Origin: a virus
Taxonomy: Duplodnaviria; Caudoviricetes
IMG/VR virus record: IMGVR_UViG_2824317532_000002
Location: 1 to 64,000 of that record
DNA: 64,000 nucleotides
Reading direction: 5' to 3' (one strand)
Part shown: piece by piece, positions 29,617 through 39,491 of the stretch
How positions within the stretch are numbered: the stretch's first letter is position 1
Layout: every line of letters begins with the position of its first letter
Program-made: the position numbers and the translations under genes
Notes under the pieces: model-generated
Seen by the model: only the letters and a program-made list of their open reading frames with translations
Databases searched by the model: none
Told to the model about the DNA's origin: nothing

Positions 29617-32172
29617 CCGGCCACCTCCGCCGGGTGCGGGTTGAGGTCGAACCGGAGCCGGGTGACGTGCACCCACCGCTCCCCGGCCTCGGCCTCGGCC
29701 GGCCACCACCGGGCGAGCAGCCCACACCGCACGCACCGGCCGTACCGCTCGTCGGCGGCGTAGGCGATGTCGGCGGGGATCAGGTCCAGGGCGGCGAGGA
29801 CACGGAGCACCTCGGCGGCGTCGCGGATGCCGTCCATCCCGGCGTACAGCTCCGGCTTACCGTGAACCGGCTTGTGCTTCACGGTGAGGTCGATGCCGCC
29901 GTTGCCGCTACGCCACCGCCACACCTCGACCTCACGGCCATCGGCGAGTTTCCAGGCCAGCTCCAGAGCAGTGGAATCGCGCACGTTGTCGAGCACAAAT
30001 CGCGGCGCGGTGACGCTCTTCTGCTGCCGGGCCCACCGCATCGCGCGGCCCACCGCGCGCCAGTTCGGAAACGTCTTCACAGGACCACCTCCGAGGCGGA
30101 ACGGTGCAGGCGGATGGCGAGCGCGGCGACGGCCTCGGCGAGTTCCCTCGACCCCAGCCGCCCGGCCATCCACTCGGCGAGGTCGACGCTCGCCTCCAGC
30201 ACGTCGAGGCCGTCGCGGTCGGCAGCCTGGGCGAGCAGCCAGTCGACGAGGTTGTTCAGCTCGCGGTCGCGGTCGGCTCGGCGGGCGGCGGGCAGGTCGG
30301 TCGGCTCAGGCACGGCGACCACCGCCTCGACGGCGGATGCCGAACACGTCGTAGAAGTCGTGCCCGTCGGCGGCTTCCTGCTTGCTGATCTCCCGGTAGT
30401 GCCGGTCCCGGACCCACGGCCGGTCGTCGATGCCCGGGAACCCGCAGCACGGCGACGTCCACACCGAGCAGTCGGCGTAGCGGGCGGTGACCTTGACGTG
30501 CGTCAGGCTGTAGACGCCCCGGCAGTGCATGCACCGGACGGGGAACATCATCTCGGCGGCGGGGGGCTGTTCGATCTTCCAGTCGGGAGCCTGAGCCATC
30601 ATGCGTTCACCTCCCAGCGGACCGGGCCGACGACGCGGCAGAACGCCAGCAGCACCCGCCGGTGGTCCACATCGCTGCACGGGCACAGCGGGTGCACGCA
30701 CACCCGGCCCCGCTCGTCGACCTCCGCCGACACGTCGATGCCGGCCCGGTGCAGCTGCTCGCACACGGCCGCCAGGTCCTCGAGGAGTGCCTGCTGCGGG
30801 GTGCGGCAGGTCGCGGCGAACCGGTCCCGGGCACGCATCGCACCCCACCGGGTCCAGGTCAGACCCTCGCCGAGGACGTGCAGCGGGCCGTCTCCGACCT
30901 GCCACGCCCAGCGGCGGTCCAGGCGGTGCGGCATCGGGGTGTGGAGGAAGTCGCGGTAGACGGGGGCGGTCATCGGACACCGCCCTCGGTCGCGCCGGGC
31001 ACCTGCTCGGGCTCGGTGACGAGCCGGATCGTGCGAATGTCCTCCTCGCGGGCGGACAGCGTCAGCTTCCAACGACCGTCGATCTCGGCGTGCATCTGGA
31101 TGCGGTCCGGGCCCTTGTCGCCGCCCGCCTGACCGAACAGGTCCCGCATCATGAACTCGCCACGGCGCGGCCAGGACAGCTGGTGCGCCTGGATGGTCTC
31201 GATGTGCCCGGACATCCAGGTGATCTCGTAGACGTCGGCCGGGCCGCGGTCGATGTCGGTCACCACGAGACCCACCCCCCGAACAGGGCGCGCAGGCGGG
31301 CGACCGGGCCAGGCTGGTCGGCGCTGCGGTGACGGCCGGCCGGCTCGGCGACCGGCCGGTTCGAGTAGAAACGGTTGAACCGGCGCTGCAACGCGTCGAT
31401 CGGCGGCTCCTGGTCGGGCGGGGAGTCGAAGGCCCCGATCGTGCGCGGGATGACGACCCGCTGTTCACCGGTGGCGTTCGGGCGGCGGAACGACGGGGTG
31501 ATGCGGACGGTCGGGGGCTCCGACCCGGACGAGAGCAGGATGCCGAGGGTGTCCCCGATGTCGACGAGGCTCCCGTCGCGGTTGTGAATGGTGATGGTCA
31601 TCTGCGTCTCCTGCGAAGTAGGTGCGAAGCAGGTGGGAAGAGGTGCGAAGTTCGGGGCCCGGGGTGCTGCCTGGCGGGACAGCGCCCCGGGCCGGCGCCG
31701 GGCCCGCTAACGACGGGTCCGGCCGGGTTAGGTCAGGGGGAAGCGGTCGCGTGCCGGGGAATCTCGCCGAGCCCCAGCCCGCCGAGACGCGCCGCCGACT
31801 CCGCGTGGGACGCGCACACCTCGGCGACGGCCAGGAACCAAACGCCCAGGTCCGGGCGGTCGAAACGCACCCGATGAGTCGCGATCTCCGCGCAGATCTC
31901 CGGCAGCGCCGCCGGGGCGATGTCGTCCAGGCGCTCCAGGCCGTCCATGAGCAGCGCCCACGCGCACGGCGCGCTCACCGCCGGTACCCGCTCACCACGT
32001 CGCGCGACAGCGCGTCCCGGCAGGCCGGGCAGGTCGCGTTACGGCCGACGCCGGTGGTGTTGTCCATGAACGGGATCGCCGCCGGGGCCAGGCCGCACGC
32101 GGTCGGGCCGAACTTCTCAGCGACATGCACGACCGGCTCCGGGCGGGCGGCCTCACCGCGGTGGATGGCCAT
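29613..32172 (-). other. Cluster of small hypothetical early genes
   Basis: Overlapping short ORFs with RBSs (e.g. 30077-30322, 30970-31263, 31260-31601, 31733-31978). Confidence 0.5.
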
Positions 32173-32495
32173 CAGCGACCACCGTCCGCGCCGCAGTTCA
32201 GGCACGCCGCCCCGGACGCCGGCCGGTCCTCGCACACCAGGCATGCCGGGCCGGGACCAAGCAGCCTCTCGACCGGCATCCTCAGGACCCGGGCGAACGC
32301 GACCGCCTCGTCGACGGTGATGTTCGCCCGATAGCCCGACTCGACCTTCCAGACGCCGGACTCCGGGAGCGGGCAGCCGATGTCGGCCAGGCGCTGCGTC
32401 AGCTGCTTCATGGTCAGGCCGAGGTCGAGACGGCGGATACGGATGCGGATCGCGGCTTTGCGGGACACCTCGGTCCCGGTCGCGCGCGGCCTCAT
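32172..32495 (-). CDS. XRE-family HTH protein
   Basis: IRRLDLGLTMKQL..GVWKVESG..ITVDEAVAFARVL. Confidence 0.8.
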   Translation of the reverse strand: MRPRATGTEVSRKAAIRIRIRRLDLGLTMKQLTQRLADIGCPLPESGVWKVESGYRANITVDEAVAFARVLRMPVERLLGPGPACLVCEDRPASGAACLNCGADGGR

Positions 32496-33046
32496 CGCCG
32501 GGCCTCGGCGGCGATCCGGGCCGGGCAGTCCATGCGGCACGGGCGGTCGGCGTCCTGGCCGTCGCACTCCTTCGAGTGCTTAGCCGCCGGCGGATGCGCC
32601 TCGACCCGCTCCCGCCACGACAGGTCACCGACCGGGGCGGGGGACGCCGGCTCGGCGACGGCCGGGGGAGCCTGCTCGGGCTCGGCGAACCGGGCCGCCG
32701 CACCGGAGTCGATCCAGTGCTGGCGCTGCTCGTCGGTGATCGGGTCGCGGGCGCCAAGGTGCAGCATGGTCCCGCGCCAGTTGAAGTAGATGTTGGTCAG
32801 CCACTCATCAGACTTGGCCGGGTCGGCGAGGTCCGGGTGCGGCTGGCCTTCGGTCGCCGGGATGGTCTGGGTGTAGCCGAACCAATCGGCCCAGCCGCAC
32901 AGGTCAGCGGCGGAGTCGAGGTCGATGTGGTTCGAGTGGAGGCGGATGTCGCACGGCGCGGGCAGGCCGAAGTCGACCCCGGCGTTGATCGCGGCGATCA
33001 GTTCGCGGCGGCGAGCCTGCTGGTCGTGGATGATGGGCTGAGTCAC
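32492..33046 (-). CDS. Hypothetical protein
   Basis: 184-aa ORF with AAAGGA RBS. Confidence 0.6.
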   Translation of the reverse strand: MTQPIIHDQQARRRELIAAINAGVDFGLPAPCDIRLHSNHIDLDSAADLCGWADWFGYTQTIPATEGQPHPDLADPAKSDEWLTNIYFNWRGTMLHLGARDPITDEQRQHWIDSGAAARFAEPEQAPPAVAEPASPAPVGDLSWRERVEAHPPAAKHSKECDGQDADRPCRMDCPARIAAEARR

Positions 33047-33319
33047 TGGACTGTCCTTTCTTCGCAGGGAGTTGCTGTCCGGTGCGCGCGCCGTCCGGTG
33101 GCTGCCGGGCGGCGCGATCTATGTCAGGGCAGGGGCAGGCGCATCAGGCCGAGGCCGGGCACCTCGCCGACCCACCAGCGGGAGACCGGGCCGAACGCAT
33201 CGACCAGGTCCGGGTCGTCGGTCACTTCTTCGGCCTCGGCCACCACCACGGGCGGCGGCGAGGACGCACCGGGCGCGGAGTCACCGGCCGCGACGGCTCC
33301 GGCCCGGACGGGCCCGGGC

Positions 33320-33808
33320 TCACGCGGCGTCATCCGCCAGCAGCCCGGTCTCGGCCAGGTACACACCGAACGTCAGCTCACCGGGAGCTCGGCCCGCCTT
33401 CTGCTGAGCCGCCGACCAGGCCTCCATCAGCTCGGCCTCGACCTGGTCCTGAACGGCGCGCTCCTGCGCCCGGTCCGCGTTCGTCGCCGATCGGCGCGCC
33501 TCCGCCCGCTTGTGCCGCGCCAGTGCCCGCGAGTTCTCGATCACGTTGCCCTGGTCGTCGGCGACGAGCCGATCCGGCTCGTACTCGAACAAACCCAGGC
33601 CCGGCAGCGCCACCTTCCCGGCCGGCGCCGTCTGCCCCGGCCGCTTCCGCGCCGACACCACCCGCTGCGCCTTCTTGCGACGCTCCTCGGCCGGATCGAA
33701 ATCGATCACCCGCTCGACGATGTCGACGAGCGACTTCTCGACGGCCTGCCCGTCGTCGTTGCGCGGCGCGTTCGCCAGCGCGAACCGGTATGCCTGCGTT
33801 CCGTTCAC
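33320..33808 (-). CDS. Hypothetical protein
   Basis: GTGA overlap with upstream gene; typical codon usage. Confidence 0.6.
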   Translation of the reverse strand: MNGTQAYRFALANAPRNDDGQAVEKSLVDIVERVIDFDPAEERRKKAQRVVSARKRPGQTAPAGKVALPGLGLFEYEPDRLVADDQGNVIENSRALARHKRAEARRSATNADRAQERAVQDQVEAELMEAWSAAQQKAGRAPGELTFGVYLAETGLLADDAA

Positions 33809-34977
33809 TGCCGCTCCCCCAGGTAGTGCTCGACGCGGTCGGCCTGCTTCCGCAGGAAGGCCGCCATGTCCTCGGTGAAGAGGCCGGTCTCGCCGTACAG
33901 CACGGCGGCCTCGATGTCGGTGATGAAGCCGGACACCTCGGTCTGGAGCCGCTCGGCGACTCGGCGCGCGTGGGCGATCGCACGGCCCCGCTCGGCCTCG
34001 GCCTGGATCCGCTGCACCTCCTCCGGCGACAGCAGCGGCGGCCTGGCCGGCTCGGGCTCCGGCGCGGGCTCGTCGGTGGGCGGGTTGCAGCCCAGGCACA
34101 GGCCGCCGTCACCGTCGGCCCAGTGCTCGCCGGCCGGATCGCAGTCGCCGCACCGGCGATAGCCGGACGCGGCCGAGGCGAAGGGAACCCCGCCGCCGCA
34201 CGCCTCGCAGGCGCGCCCGGCGGGAAGCTTGTCGGCCGCGACAGCGCCCACCACAGACGCGTCGCTTGCGTCGCCCGGGGCATCGGGCGACGGGAGGCCG
34301 GCCGACCGGCCCTCTCCCGGTGCGGGCACCGGGAGGTCTTCGGGGGGCTGCTCGGCGAGCGCCCACAGGTCCACCACGCGGTTGCCGTTCATCCCACGAC
34401 CGGCAGGCTCGACCTGTCCGCCGTTGGCCAGCTCGCGGACCGCGGCCTCGATCTGGGCGATGACGATGCCCAACGGCCAGTCGCTGCCGCGGTCGGAGAT
34501 CTGCGCGACCGAGGCACCGTTCGGGCCGACCTCGGCGAGGACCCGCAGGACCTCGGCGGCGATGGCCGGGGCGGGGTCGGCGCGCTCCTCGGCGGCGGGG
34601 CGGGCGGCGGGGCGGGCGCGGCCATCAAGGGAGACGATCCGCTCGGGCTGACCGTCTGAACCCTTTGTGTTCAGACGTTCGAGGTCCCGCATCACCTGGG
34701 TCTGGCCGATGCCGAGCGCCGAACCGATGGCCCGGGTCGACATCCCGGCACCGCGCAGCTCGGCCACGGCGGTCGGTCGGTCGCCGAGCGGCACCCGGAC
34801 GTCGCCGAGCTCGGCCGCGCAGTACGCCTGCCACGACGCGTAGCCCAACGCCCGGTCCGCACGGCCCTCGAATGCCCGCTTAACCTTCGGAAGAAGGCCG
34901 TCCAGGTCCCGGCGGATCTCGGCGGTCAGCTCGCGCGCCTCGTCGGCGGTCAGTTCGATGGGGGCGAGGTCGCTCAT
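33805..34977 (-). CDS. HTH DNA-binding protein
   Basis: LGYASWQAYC and GMSTRAIGSALGIGQTQVMRDL motifs. Confidence 0.7.
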   Translation of the reverse strand: MSDLAPIELTADEARELTAEIRRDLDGLLPKVKRAFEGRADRALGYASWQAYCAAELGDVRVPLGDRPTAVAELRGAGMSTRAIGSALGIGQTQVMRDLERLNTKGSDGQPERIVSLDGRARPAARPAAEERADPAPAIAAEVLRVLAEVGPNGASVAQISDRGSDWPLGIVIAQIEAAVRELANGGQVEPAGRGMNGNRVVDLWALAEQPPEDLPVPAPGEGRSAGLPSPDAPGDASDASVVGAVAADKLPAGRACEACGGGVPFASAASGYRRCGDCDPAGEHWADGDGGLCLGCNPPTDEPAPEPEPARPPLLSPEEVQRIQAEAERGRAIAHARRVAERLQTEVSGFITDIEAAVLYGETGLFTEDMAAFLRKQADRVEHYLGERQ

Positions 34978-35204
34978 GCCGCGCTCCGCAGGCCCTCGAT
35001 GTACTCCTCGAGCGCCTGGCGGGTGACCCTGCGGGAGCGGCCGATCTTGATGGACTTGATGACGCCCTCGTGGACCAGCTTCCACGCCTGGCGGTCACTG
35101 ATGTCCAAGGCTCGGGCGGCGTTGGGGACGGTGTAAGCCAGCTGCCTGTTACCCACGAGCCCACCGTCGCGCTCGGGATTGATCGGCGTTGCAGCGTCAT
35201 GCAT
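34974..35204 (-). CDS. Excisionase / Cro-like HTH protein
   Basis: AYTVPNAARALDIS..AWKLVHEG.IKSIKIGRSRRV; divergent from repressor. Confidence 0.85.
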   Translation of the reverse strand: MHDAATPINPERDGGLVGNRQLAYTVPNAARALDISDRQAWKLVHEGVIKSIKIGRSRRVTRQALEEYIEGLRSAA

Positions 35205-35423
35205 GGGACTAACCTAGCGCGGTCCCATGCATGGCACCACTCATACTTTCGGCTGATTCGACCATGGGCCGCCATGACTACCGTGTAAACCATGCAACGC
35301 AGTGCAATCAGGCGATCAATACGCCAGAGACCGGGCACCCAGCGGCCGCCGCGCCGGTTTCGCGCACGGGACCGTTCCCATCCGCGGGACAATCGTCCCG
35401 GAAATGGGACTTACCGTGGCAGC
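35198..35423. promoter_or_regulatory. Lysis-lysogeny switch with divergent leaderless promoters
   Basis: TAGGTT and TACCGT -10 boxes each 6 nt before start codons; CATGCATGGGAC/GTCCCATGCATG inverted repeat and repeated GGGAC half-sites. Confidence 0.65.
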
Positions 35424-35861
35424 GTGGCCATGCCCCTAGACCCCGCCGTCGCTCGCGTACGCTTCGCCGCGTTCGTCACCCGCGCCCTCGAGCAGGCGCG
35501 CGCCAACGGCATGACGGATACGAAGATCTCCGAGATCAGTGGGGTCGGGTCGTCTACCTTCCACCGGTGGCGCCGCGGTGAAGGCCGTGACCTCCCCCAG
35601 CTCGAGCGGGTCCGTCGCTTCTGCACGGCCGTCGGGGCCAGCATCGATGACGCGATGGCCGCGCTCGGCATGACGGACGCCGCCCCCACGCCCACGCCCG
35701 GACCGCCGCTCCCCCGCGACGTCCAGATCATCATGCGCCGGCTCGCAGACCCGACCACTCCCGAAGTCGAGAAGGACTTCATCCGCAAGTCCCTGCAAAT
35801 GCTCGCCGGCCGTGTTGCCGCCGATGAGCGAGCAGAGCAGAGGACGCGCAACGCAGGCTAG
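35424..35861 (+). CDS. Immunity repressor (XRE family)
   Basis: MTDTKISEISGVGSSTFHRWRRG HTH; directly upstream of integrase. Confidence 0.8.
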   Translation: MAMPLDPAVARVRFAAFVTRALEQARANGMTDTKISEISGVGSSTFHRWRRGEGRDLPQLERVRRFCTAVGASIDDAMAALGMTDAAPTPTPGPPLPRDVQIIMRRLADPTTPEVEKDFIRKSLQMLAGRVAADERAEQRTRNAG

Positions 35862-35869
35862 GAGCAGCG

Positions 35870-37150
35870 ATGCCCCGCAATCGGTACCCGACTATCAGGA
35901 AAGGCGCCGATGGGCTCTGGCACGCCTGGATCACCGTCGGCACCAAGCCCAACGGCCGCCCCGACCAGCGGCACATCAAGCGCGAGACCAAGACCTTGGT
36001 CGAGGACCGCATCGACGAGCTACTCGACCAGGTCCGCGGCGGCGCCGTCGTCAAGCCGGGCCGGCCGGACAGTGTCGCCCAGTGGCTCGACACCTACCTC
36101 ACTACGGTCGCCCCGCGGCGGTGCGACCCGGGGACCGTCAAGGACTACCGGTCGAAGATCGACCATTGGGTGCTGCCGGTGATCGGCTCGACCCGGCTCG
36201 ACCGGCTCCAGCCGCACCAGCTCGAGGAGGTCTACCTCGGCATGCAGCGGGCCGGCCGGGCCGACTCCACTCAGCTCAAGGTGCACCGCATCCTGTCGCG
36301 CGCCCTCGAGGTGGCCCTGCGACGGCGCCTGGTGACCCGTAACGTCGCGAAGCTCATCGACGCGCCCACGACGGAGCAGATCGAACAGGCCGCCCTGACG
36401 CGGGAGGACGCTGTCGCGGTGCTCGACGCCGCAGCCGGTCGGCGTAACGCCACCCGGTGGTCGCTGGCCCTGGCGTTGGGCCTGCGTCAGGGTGAGGCGC
36501 TCGGGTTGCGCTGGTCCCATGTCGACCTGGACCGCGGTGAGATCCGCGTGTTCTGGCAGTTGCGACGCAGAGCTTTCGACCACGGTTGCGACGGGGCGTG
36601 CGGCCGGCGGCGGGGCGGGAACTGCCCACAGCGGTCCATGACGCTGCGGTCCGCGGAGTCGACGGTGCTCGACCTGTCGAAGCCGCCGGACAGCGACCGC
36701 CGCACCGGGCTGGTGCTCAAGAGCCCGAAGGGCAAGAGCAAGCGGACCGTGCCGATCCCGGACCAGCTGATCGAGCAACTGCGGCGGCATCAGACGGAGC
36801 AGGGCATCGAGCGGATCCTGGCCGACGACGCGTGGCAGGACCACGGGTTCGTGTTCGCGCGTCTCGACGGACAGCCGATCGATCCCGGACCGGACCACCG
36901 GGAGTGGAAGGCGCTCCTGTCGGCGGCCGGCGTGCCGGAGAGCCGGCTTCACGACGCCCGGCACACGGCGGGAACGATGATGGCCGCGCTCGGTGTGCCC
37001 CTCCAGGTGGTGCAGGAGGTGCTCGGGCACTCCGACCTTCGGACGGCCCGGCGGTATGTGCACGTGGCCAGCGAGATGGCCCGCGCGGCTACGGAGCGCA
37101 TCGGCGGGGCACTGTTCCGGGAGGTAGTACACCCTGACCTACACCCTTGA
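35870..37150 (+). CDS. int: Tyrosine integrase
   Basis: GLRQGEALGLRW, HDARH, LGH, catalytic Y in ARRYVH. Confidence 0.96.
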   Translation: MPRNRYPTIRKGADGLWHAWITVGTKPNGRPDQRHIKRETKTLVEDRIDELLDQVRGGAVVKPGRPDSVAQWLDTYLTTVAPRRCDPGTVKDYRSKIDHWVLPVIGSTRLDRLQPHQLEEVYLGMQRAGRADSTQLKVHRILSRALEVALRRRLVTRNVAKLIDAPTTEQIEQAALTREDAVAVLDAAAGRRNATRWSLALALGLRQGEALGLRWSHVDLDRGEIRVFWQLRRRAFDHGCDGACGRRRGGNCPQRSMTLRSAESTVLDLSKPPDSDRRTGLVLKSPKGKSKRTVPIPDQLIEQLRRHQTEQGIERILADDAWQDHGFVFARLDGQPIDPGPDHREWKALLSAAGVPESRLHDARHTAGTMMAALGVPLQVVQEVLGHSDLRTARRYVHVASEMARAATERIGGALFREVVHPDLHP

Positions 37151-37167
37151 TCTTGCCGGAACGAAAA

Positions 37168-37215
37168 CGAGAGGGCCCGCTACCTGGGCAAACACCCTGG
37201 TAGCGGGCCCTCTCG
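37168..37215. terminator. Bidirectional hairpin between int and tRNA
   Basis: 17-bp perfect inverted repeat CGAGAGGGCCCGCTACC/GGTAGCGGGCCCTCTCG. Confidence 0.8.
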
Positions 37216-37223
37216 GTACCCTG

Positions 37224-37297
37224 AGCCGCCTGTCGGAATCGAACCGACGACCTACGCATTACGAGTGCGTCGCTCTAGCCGACTGAGCTAAGGCGGC
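37224..37297 (-). tRNA. tRNA-Thr(CGT), probable integration target of prophage 1
   Basis: GCCGCCT acceptor stem, TAGCTCAGTCGG D arm, CT-CGT-AA anticodon loop, GGTTCGATTCC T arm; CCA not encoded. Confidence 0.97.
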
Positions 37298-37355
37298 AAC
37301 GGTTAGTCATCCTACTGCATAGACGGACACCCGCTCATCGGGGGAGGATCGTTCG

Positions 37356-39065
37356 GTGGCCATCGTTCCCCGACAGCATCCTGCCCGGCCCGAGACGAAT
37401 GTGCCGAACCGGCCACGCAGCCTCGACCCACAGGAGCTCGGCTTCACCCGGAAAGGGCCGATCGGCTGGCTGGCGCCGTTGCTCCTGCTCAGCACCGGGT
37501 TGCGGGCGGTGCTGCACCTGTTCTTCGGGGCGTACCTGGACAAGCGTGAACTCCAGAACGCGCTGGACGGCGACGTCTTCGACCACTCCACCACGGCGAC
37601 CGGCGAGCTGTGGCTGGACTACGTGGCCGACCTGGGGGACGGGTTCGACGCGACGTACTCGGTGGCGTACCTGTTGTCGCAGGAGGAGCTGGAGGTCGAC
37701 GGCGAGCGGCTGCCCCGCGGCCGGCTGCTGCTGATGGGCGGCGACCAGGTGTACCCGCTGGCCAGCGGCGACGGCTACGAGAACCGGATGAAGGGCCCGT
37801 ACCGTGCGGCTCTTCCGGAGGCGCCGGCCGGTGCGCCGCGGCCGACCCTGTTCGCGCTGCCCGGCAACCACGACTGGTACGACGGGCTCACCGCCTTCCT
37901 GCGCCTGTTCGCCCGGCGTAAGGACGGGCACATCGGCGGCTGGCGTACCGAGCAGCGCCGGTCGTACTTCGCGGTGAAGCTGCCCGCCGACTGGTGGCTG
38001 TTCGCGGTGGACGAGCAGTTCGGGGCGTACATCGACGACCCGCAGCTGCTGTACTTCGAGAAGGCCGCCGAGCAGGTCGGCCCGGACGACCGGGTCATCA
38101 TCATGACGCCGTCGCCGACGTGGGTGAAGGCGAAGGACAACCCGCACGCGTACGACGCCGTCGACTACTTCATCCGGACCATCGTGGCGCCGACACAGGC
38201 CCAGGTGCGGGTGCTGGTGTCCGGGGACCTGCACCACTACGCGCGCTTCTCCGGGGAGGACCGGGAGCTGATCACCTGCGGGGGCGGTGGGGCGTACACG
38301 CTGGGCACCCAGAACCTGCCGGACCACATCATGGTGCCGCCGAAGGAGACGTTGACCCGCAGCCGGAGCCGCAGCCTCCGGTACGACCTGCGCGGCACCT
38401 TCCCGGACGCGCCGACCTCACGGCGGATGGGCTGGGGCGTCTTCCACCGGATCCCGTGGCGCAACGCCAATTTCGCCAACCTGCTCGGCGTCATCCACAC
38501 GCTGACCATGCTGGCCATGGCGGGCGCGGCCAGTCAGGGCGGCAACATCCAGCGGCTGTTCAGCATCCCGCTGGTGCTCATGCTCGTACTGATCATGGCC
38601 GGAACCATCGCCTTCGCGAAACCGGACGGCCATGCCCGGCACTGGGTCCTCGGGGTGGCACACGGTCTGACCCAGATCGCCCTGGCGATCGGCGGCACGT
38701 GGGTGTGGTTGCAGCTCCCGTTCCGCGACTGGCCATGGCCGGGCCCACTGGCGGTGGCCGCCTTCGTCTACGGCCCGCTGATCGCGATCCTGTCCAGTCA
38801 GGTGGTGGCGCTCTACCTGCTGATCGCCGCCCGTTTCAACGTCAATCTCAACGAGCTCTTCGCCGGCCAGGGCATCGAGGACGCCAAAAGCTTCCTGCGC
38901 ATGCACATCACGCTCGACGGCTCACTCACCATCCACCCGATCGGCGTCGACCGGATCTGTCACGAGTGGGTGGCCGACCCTGACGGCGATCCGCACGAGT
39001 CCTGGCTGCGCCCGGCCACACCGTTGACCGCGCACCGCATCGAGCCTCCGATCAGGATCAACTGA
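37356..39065 (+). CDS. Host membrane-bound metallophosphoesterase
   Basis: ADLGDG, GGDQVYP, PGNHDWYD, SGDLHHY motifs; C-terminal TM helices; start codon uncertain. Confidence 0.9.
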   Translation: MAIVPRQHPARPETNVPNRPRSLDPQELGFTRKGPIGWLAPLLLLSTGLRAVLHLFFGAYLDKRELQNALDGDVFDHSTTATGELWLDYVADLGDGFDATYSVAYLLSQEELEVDGERLPRGRLLLMGGDQVYPLASGDGYENRMKGPYRAALPEAPAGAPRPTLFALPGNHDWYDGLTAFLRLFARRKDGHIGGWRTEQRRSYFAVKLPADWWLFAVDEQFGAYIDDPQLLYFEKAAEQVGPDDRVIIMTPSPTWVKAKDNPHAYDAVDYFIRTIVAPTQAQVRVLVSGDLHHYARFSGEDRELITCGGGGAYTLGTQNLPDHIMVPPKETLTRSRSRSLRYDLRGTFPDAPTSRRMGWGVFHRIPWRNANFANLLGVIHTLTMLAMAGAASQGGNIQRLFSIPLVLMLVLIMAGTIAFAKPDGHARHWVLGVAHGLTQIALAIGGTWVWLQLPFRDWPWPGPLAVAAFVYGPLIAILSSQVVALYLLIAARFNVNLNELFAGQGIEDAKSFLRMHITLDGSLTIHPIGVDRICHEWVADPDGDPHESWLRPATPLTAHRIEPPIRIN

Positions 39066-39210
39066 AAACCCATCAAGGGGTACGCGCGAACACCGCCCCC
39101 GCCGAATCCGGCCCGTCCCGCCGGTTCCACGCGAGCCTCTGCCCATCCACGCCCGGTGCCGCGCCCGCCGGGCGGAGCTGCCCACTCACCCTCGCCGGCA
39201 GGAACTTCTC

Positions 39211-39423
39211 CTACTCGGCGTTGTAGTGGGCGTCGTGGGCCTGGCGGGGAGCGCAGACCGAGGCGCGGCTGCAGGAGCAGCGGGAGCCGTCGGCGTCCAT
39301 GCGGACCACGACCGCGTCCTTGGGGACGCTGTGGGCCACCACCCGGCCGTCGCCCTCGGGCGTGGTGACGCGGGATCCGACGGCCGGGGCCGAGGCCTGG
39401 AACTTCTGGTACAGAGGGTGTTC
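39211..39423 (-). pseudogene. 3' fragment of PSP1/RicT(YaaT)-like host gene split by prophage 2
   Basis: Start-less frame EHPLYQKFQASAPAVGSRVTTPEGDGRVVAHSVPKDAVVV..., matching the region after the CCLKYE motif of PSP1-C proteins; stops abruptly at phage DNA. Confidence 0.75.
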
Positions 39424-39491
39424 TTACTTGTTCGTAGCCCACTCTAAACGTAGACTCGACTCATGACAACTCCCCTCCTTATCGGTCAGCG

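Larger units (their letters stand above)
1..37223. mobile_element. Prophage 1 (HK97-like siphovirus, tyrosine integrase, integrated at tRNA-Thr); left boundary outside window
   Basis: Contiguous lysis, tail, head, terminase, replication, RecT/YqaJ, repressor and integrase modules ending next to a tRNA 3' end; no second copy of the tRNA 3' end seen in the window. Confidence 0.93.

Noticed and set aside
38960-39447. ORF-track calls 38960-39442 and 39226-39447
   Set aside because: Low-complexity translations; the meaningful frame is the start-less PSP1-like fragment
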